Positions 62,171 through 64,000 of a DNA stretch of 64,000 nt are shown one piece after another. The stretch is taken from the NCBI RefSeq assembly GCF_009914755.1, contig NC_060933.1; one strand, 5' to 3'. Made by a program: the position numbers and the translations under genes. How positions within the stretch are numbered: position 1 is the first letter of the stretch; every line of letters starts with the position of its first letter. Source of the DNA: the human T2T-CHM13v2.0 reference genome, Homo sapiens. Under the pieces are notes generated by a model, which had not been told where the DNA came from, did no database searches, and worked only from the letters and a program-made list of their open reading frames with translations.

Positions 62171-64000
62171 TGGAAGGGAATGGAATGGAATGGAATGGAA
62201 TGGAATTAACCGGAATAGAATGCAATGGAATGGAATGGAATGGAATGGAATGGAATGGAATGAAAAGGAATCAACTCGATTTCAATGGAATGGAATGGAA
62301 TGGAATGGAATGGAATGGAATGGAATGAAATTAACCCGAATAGAATGGAATGGAATGGAATGGAATGGAATGGAATGGAATGGAATGGAATAGAGTGGAA
62401 TGGAATGGAATGGAATAGAATGGAATCCACCCGAGTGCAGGGGAATGGAATGGAATGGAATGCAATGGAATGGAATCATACGGAATGGAATGGAATGGAA
62501 TGGAATGGAATCAACCGGATTGCAATGGAATGGAGTGGAATGGAATGGAATGGAATGGAAACAACCCGAATGGAATGGAATGGAATGGAATGGAGTGTAA
62601 GGGAATTGAATAGAATCAATACGAATGTAATGGAATGGAATGGAACGGAATGGAATGCAATGGAATGGAATGGAATCCAATGGAATGGGTTCAACCCGAG
62701 TGCAATGGAATGGAATCGAAAGTAATGGAATGGAATGGAATGGATTCAACACGAATGGAATGTAAAGGAATGGAATCAACCCGAGTGGAATGGAATTTAA
62801 TGGAATGGAATGGAATGGAATGCAGTGAAATGGAATCAAACCTAGTGCAATGGAATGGAATGGAATGGAATGGAATGGAATGGAATGGAATGGAATGGAT
62901 TAGATTCAACCCAAATGGAATGGAAAGCAATGGAATCAACCCGAGTGGAATGGCATGGAATGGAATGGAATGGAATGGAATGGAATGGAAAGGTACGGAA
63001 TAGAATGGAATGGAACGAAATGGAATGGAATGGGATGGAATGGAATGGAATGGAATGGAATGGAATAGAATGGAATCCACCCGATTACAGGGGAATGGAA
63101 TGGAATGGAATGCAAAGGAATGGAATGGAATGGATTCAACCCGAATGGAATGAGAAGGAAAGGAATAATCCCGAGTGAAATGGCATGGAAGGGAATGGAA
63201 TGGAATGGAATGGTACGGAGTAGAATGGAATGGAACGAAATGGAATGGAATGGAATGGAATGGAATGGAATGAACCCGTGAGCAATGGAATGGAATGGAA
63301 TGGAATGGAATGGAATGGAATTTGTTCAACTCGAATGGAATGGAAAGGAATGGAATCAACCCGAGTGGAATGGCATGGATTGGAAAGGAATGGAATGGAA
63401 TGGAATGGAATGGAATGGAATGGAATGGATTCAACCCGAATGGAATGGAAAGGAATGGAATAAACCCGAGTGGAATGGCATGGAACGGAGTGGAATGGAA
63501 TGGAATGGAAGGGAATGGTACGGAATAGAATGGAATGGAACGAAATGGAATGGAATGGAACGGAATGGAATGGAATGGAATGGAATGGAATGGAATGAAC
63601 CCGTGTGCAATTGAATGGAATCGAATGGAATGGAATGCAATGGAATGGATTCAACTAGAATGGAATGGAAAGGAATGGAATCAACCCGAGTGGAATGGCA
63701 TGGAATGGAATGGAATGGAATGGAACGGAATGGAATGGAATCAACTCGATTGCAAAGGAATGTAATGGAATGGAATGGAACGGAATTAACGCAAATAGAA
63801 TGGAATGGAAAGGAATGGAACGGAATGGAATGAAAAGAAATGGAATGGAATCAATCTGAGTGCAGGGGAATGCAATGGAATGGAATGCAATGGAATGGAA
63901 TGGAATGGAATGCAATGGAATCACCTCGATTGCAATGGGATGGAATGGAATGGAATGGAATGGAAGGGAATGGAATGGAATGGAATTAACCTGAACAGAA

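Larger units (their letters stand above)
1..64000. repeat. Human Satellite III (HSat3) pericentromeric array, (GGAAT)n with CAAC(C/A)CGAGT-type interruptions; 9q12-like
   Basis: The GGAAT/CATTC pentamer runs end to end, interrupted every ~50-150 bp by words such as ATCAACCCGAGTGCA, ATCAACTCGATTGCA, ATTAACCCGAATAGA and ATCATCCGG. It lacks HSat2's dominant CATTCGATTC/ATGATG pattern. Subfamily and chromosome are inferred only. Confidence 0.97.
55882..64000 (+). repeat. HSat3 block 3, G-rich strand on +, distinct type B vocabulary
   Basis: GGAAT on + resumes at GTGTGCAATGG. Diagnostic words are ATGAACCCGTG(T/A)GCAA, GGATTCAACCCGAA, GGAATAAACCCGAG, ATCAAACCTAGTGCA, ATTAACCTGAACAGAA and AAAGTACCCGAA. 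Confidence 0.93.

Noticed and set aside
18-63924. Hundreds of ORFs (MEWNG.../HSIPF...), up to 463 aa at 30075-31466
   Set aside because: They follow directly from a stop-free 5-bp repeat, overlap in all six frames, and show no domain or gene structure.
1-64000. CRISPR-like alternation of repeats and spacers
   Set aside because: The interrupting words recur many times, are themselves degenerate pentamers and are irregularly spaced. There are no unique spacers, leader or cas genes.
1-64000. HSat2 or DYZ1 (Yq) identity
   Set aside because: CATTCGATTC is rare, and I see no stable ~3.6 kb or ~1.8 kb unit. Periods are local and variable.
1-64000. EWS-FLI1-type GGAA microsatellite or DUX4 sites
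   Set aside because: The unit is the pentamer GGAAT, not tandem GGAA, and I saw no TAAYYBAATCA-type match by eye.

Overview
The whole 64 kb window is an uninterrupted human/hominid Satellite III (HSat3) array: (GGAAT)n/(CATTC)n runs punctuated by CAAC(C/A)CGAGT-type words, the signature described for SatIII and typical of 9q12. The chromosome assignment is an inference. I see no credible protein gene, RNA gene, Alu/L1 or CRISPR array. All listed ORFs are artefacts of a stop-free pentamer (MEWNG/HSIPF). The structure I can read directly is: (1) two strand switches, at ~5593 and ~55881, each flanked by an inverted copy of nearby sequence rather than behaving like ends of one simple inversion; (2) a change of variant-word vocabulary at ~54.1 kb, about 1.75 kb before the second switch; (3) recent tandem duplications with periods of 3873, ~3021/~1970 and ~2660 bp, one carrying an unequal-crossover signature; (4) at least 24 perfect three-unit heat-shock elements (nGAAnnTTCnnGAAn) left of ~53.3 kb and none seen to the right. 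All counts and alignments were made by eye. I found no new gene system; the best candidates for novelty are the HSE layout and the junction architecture.
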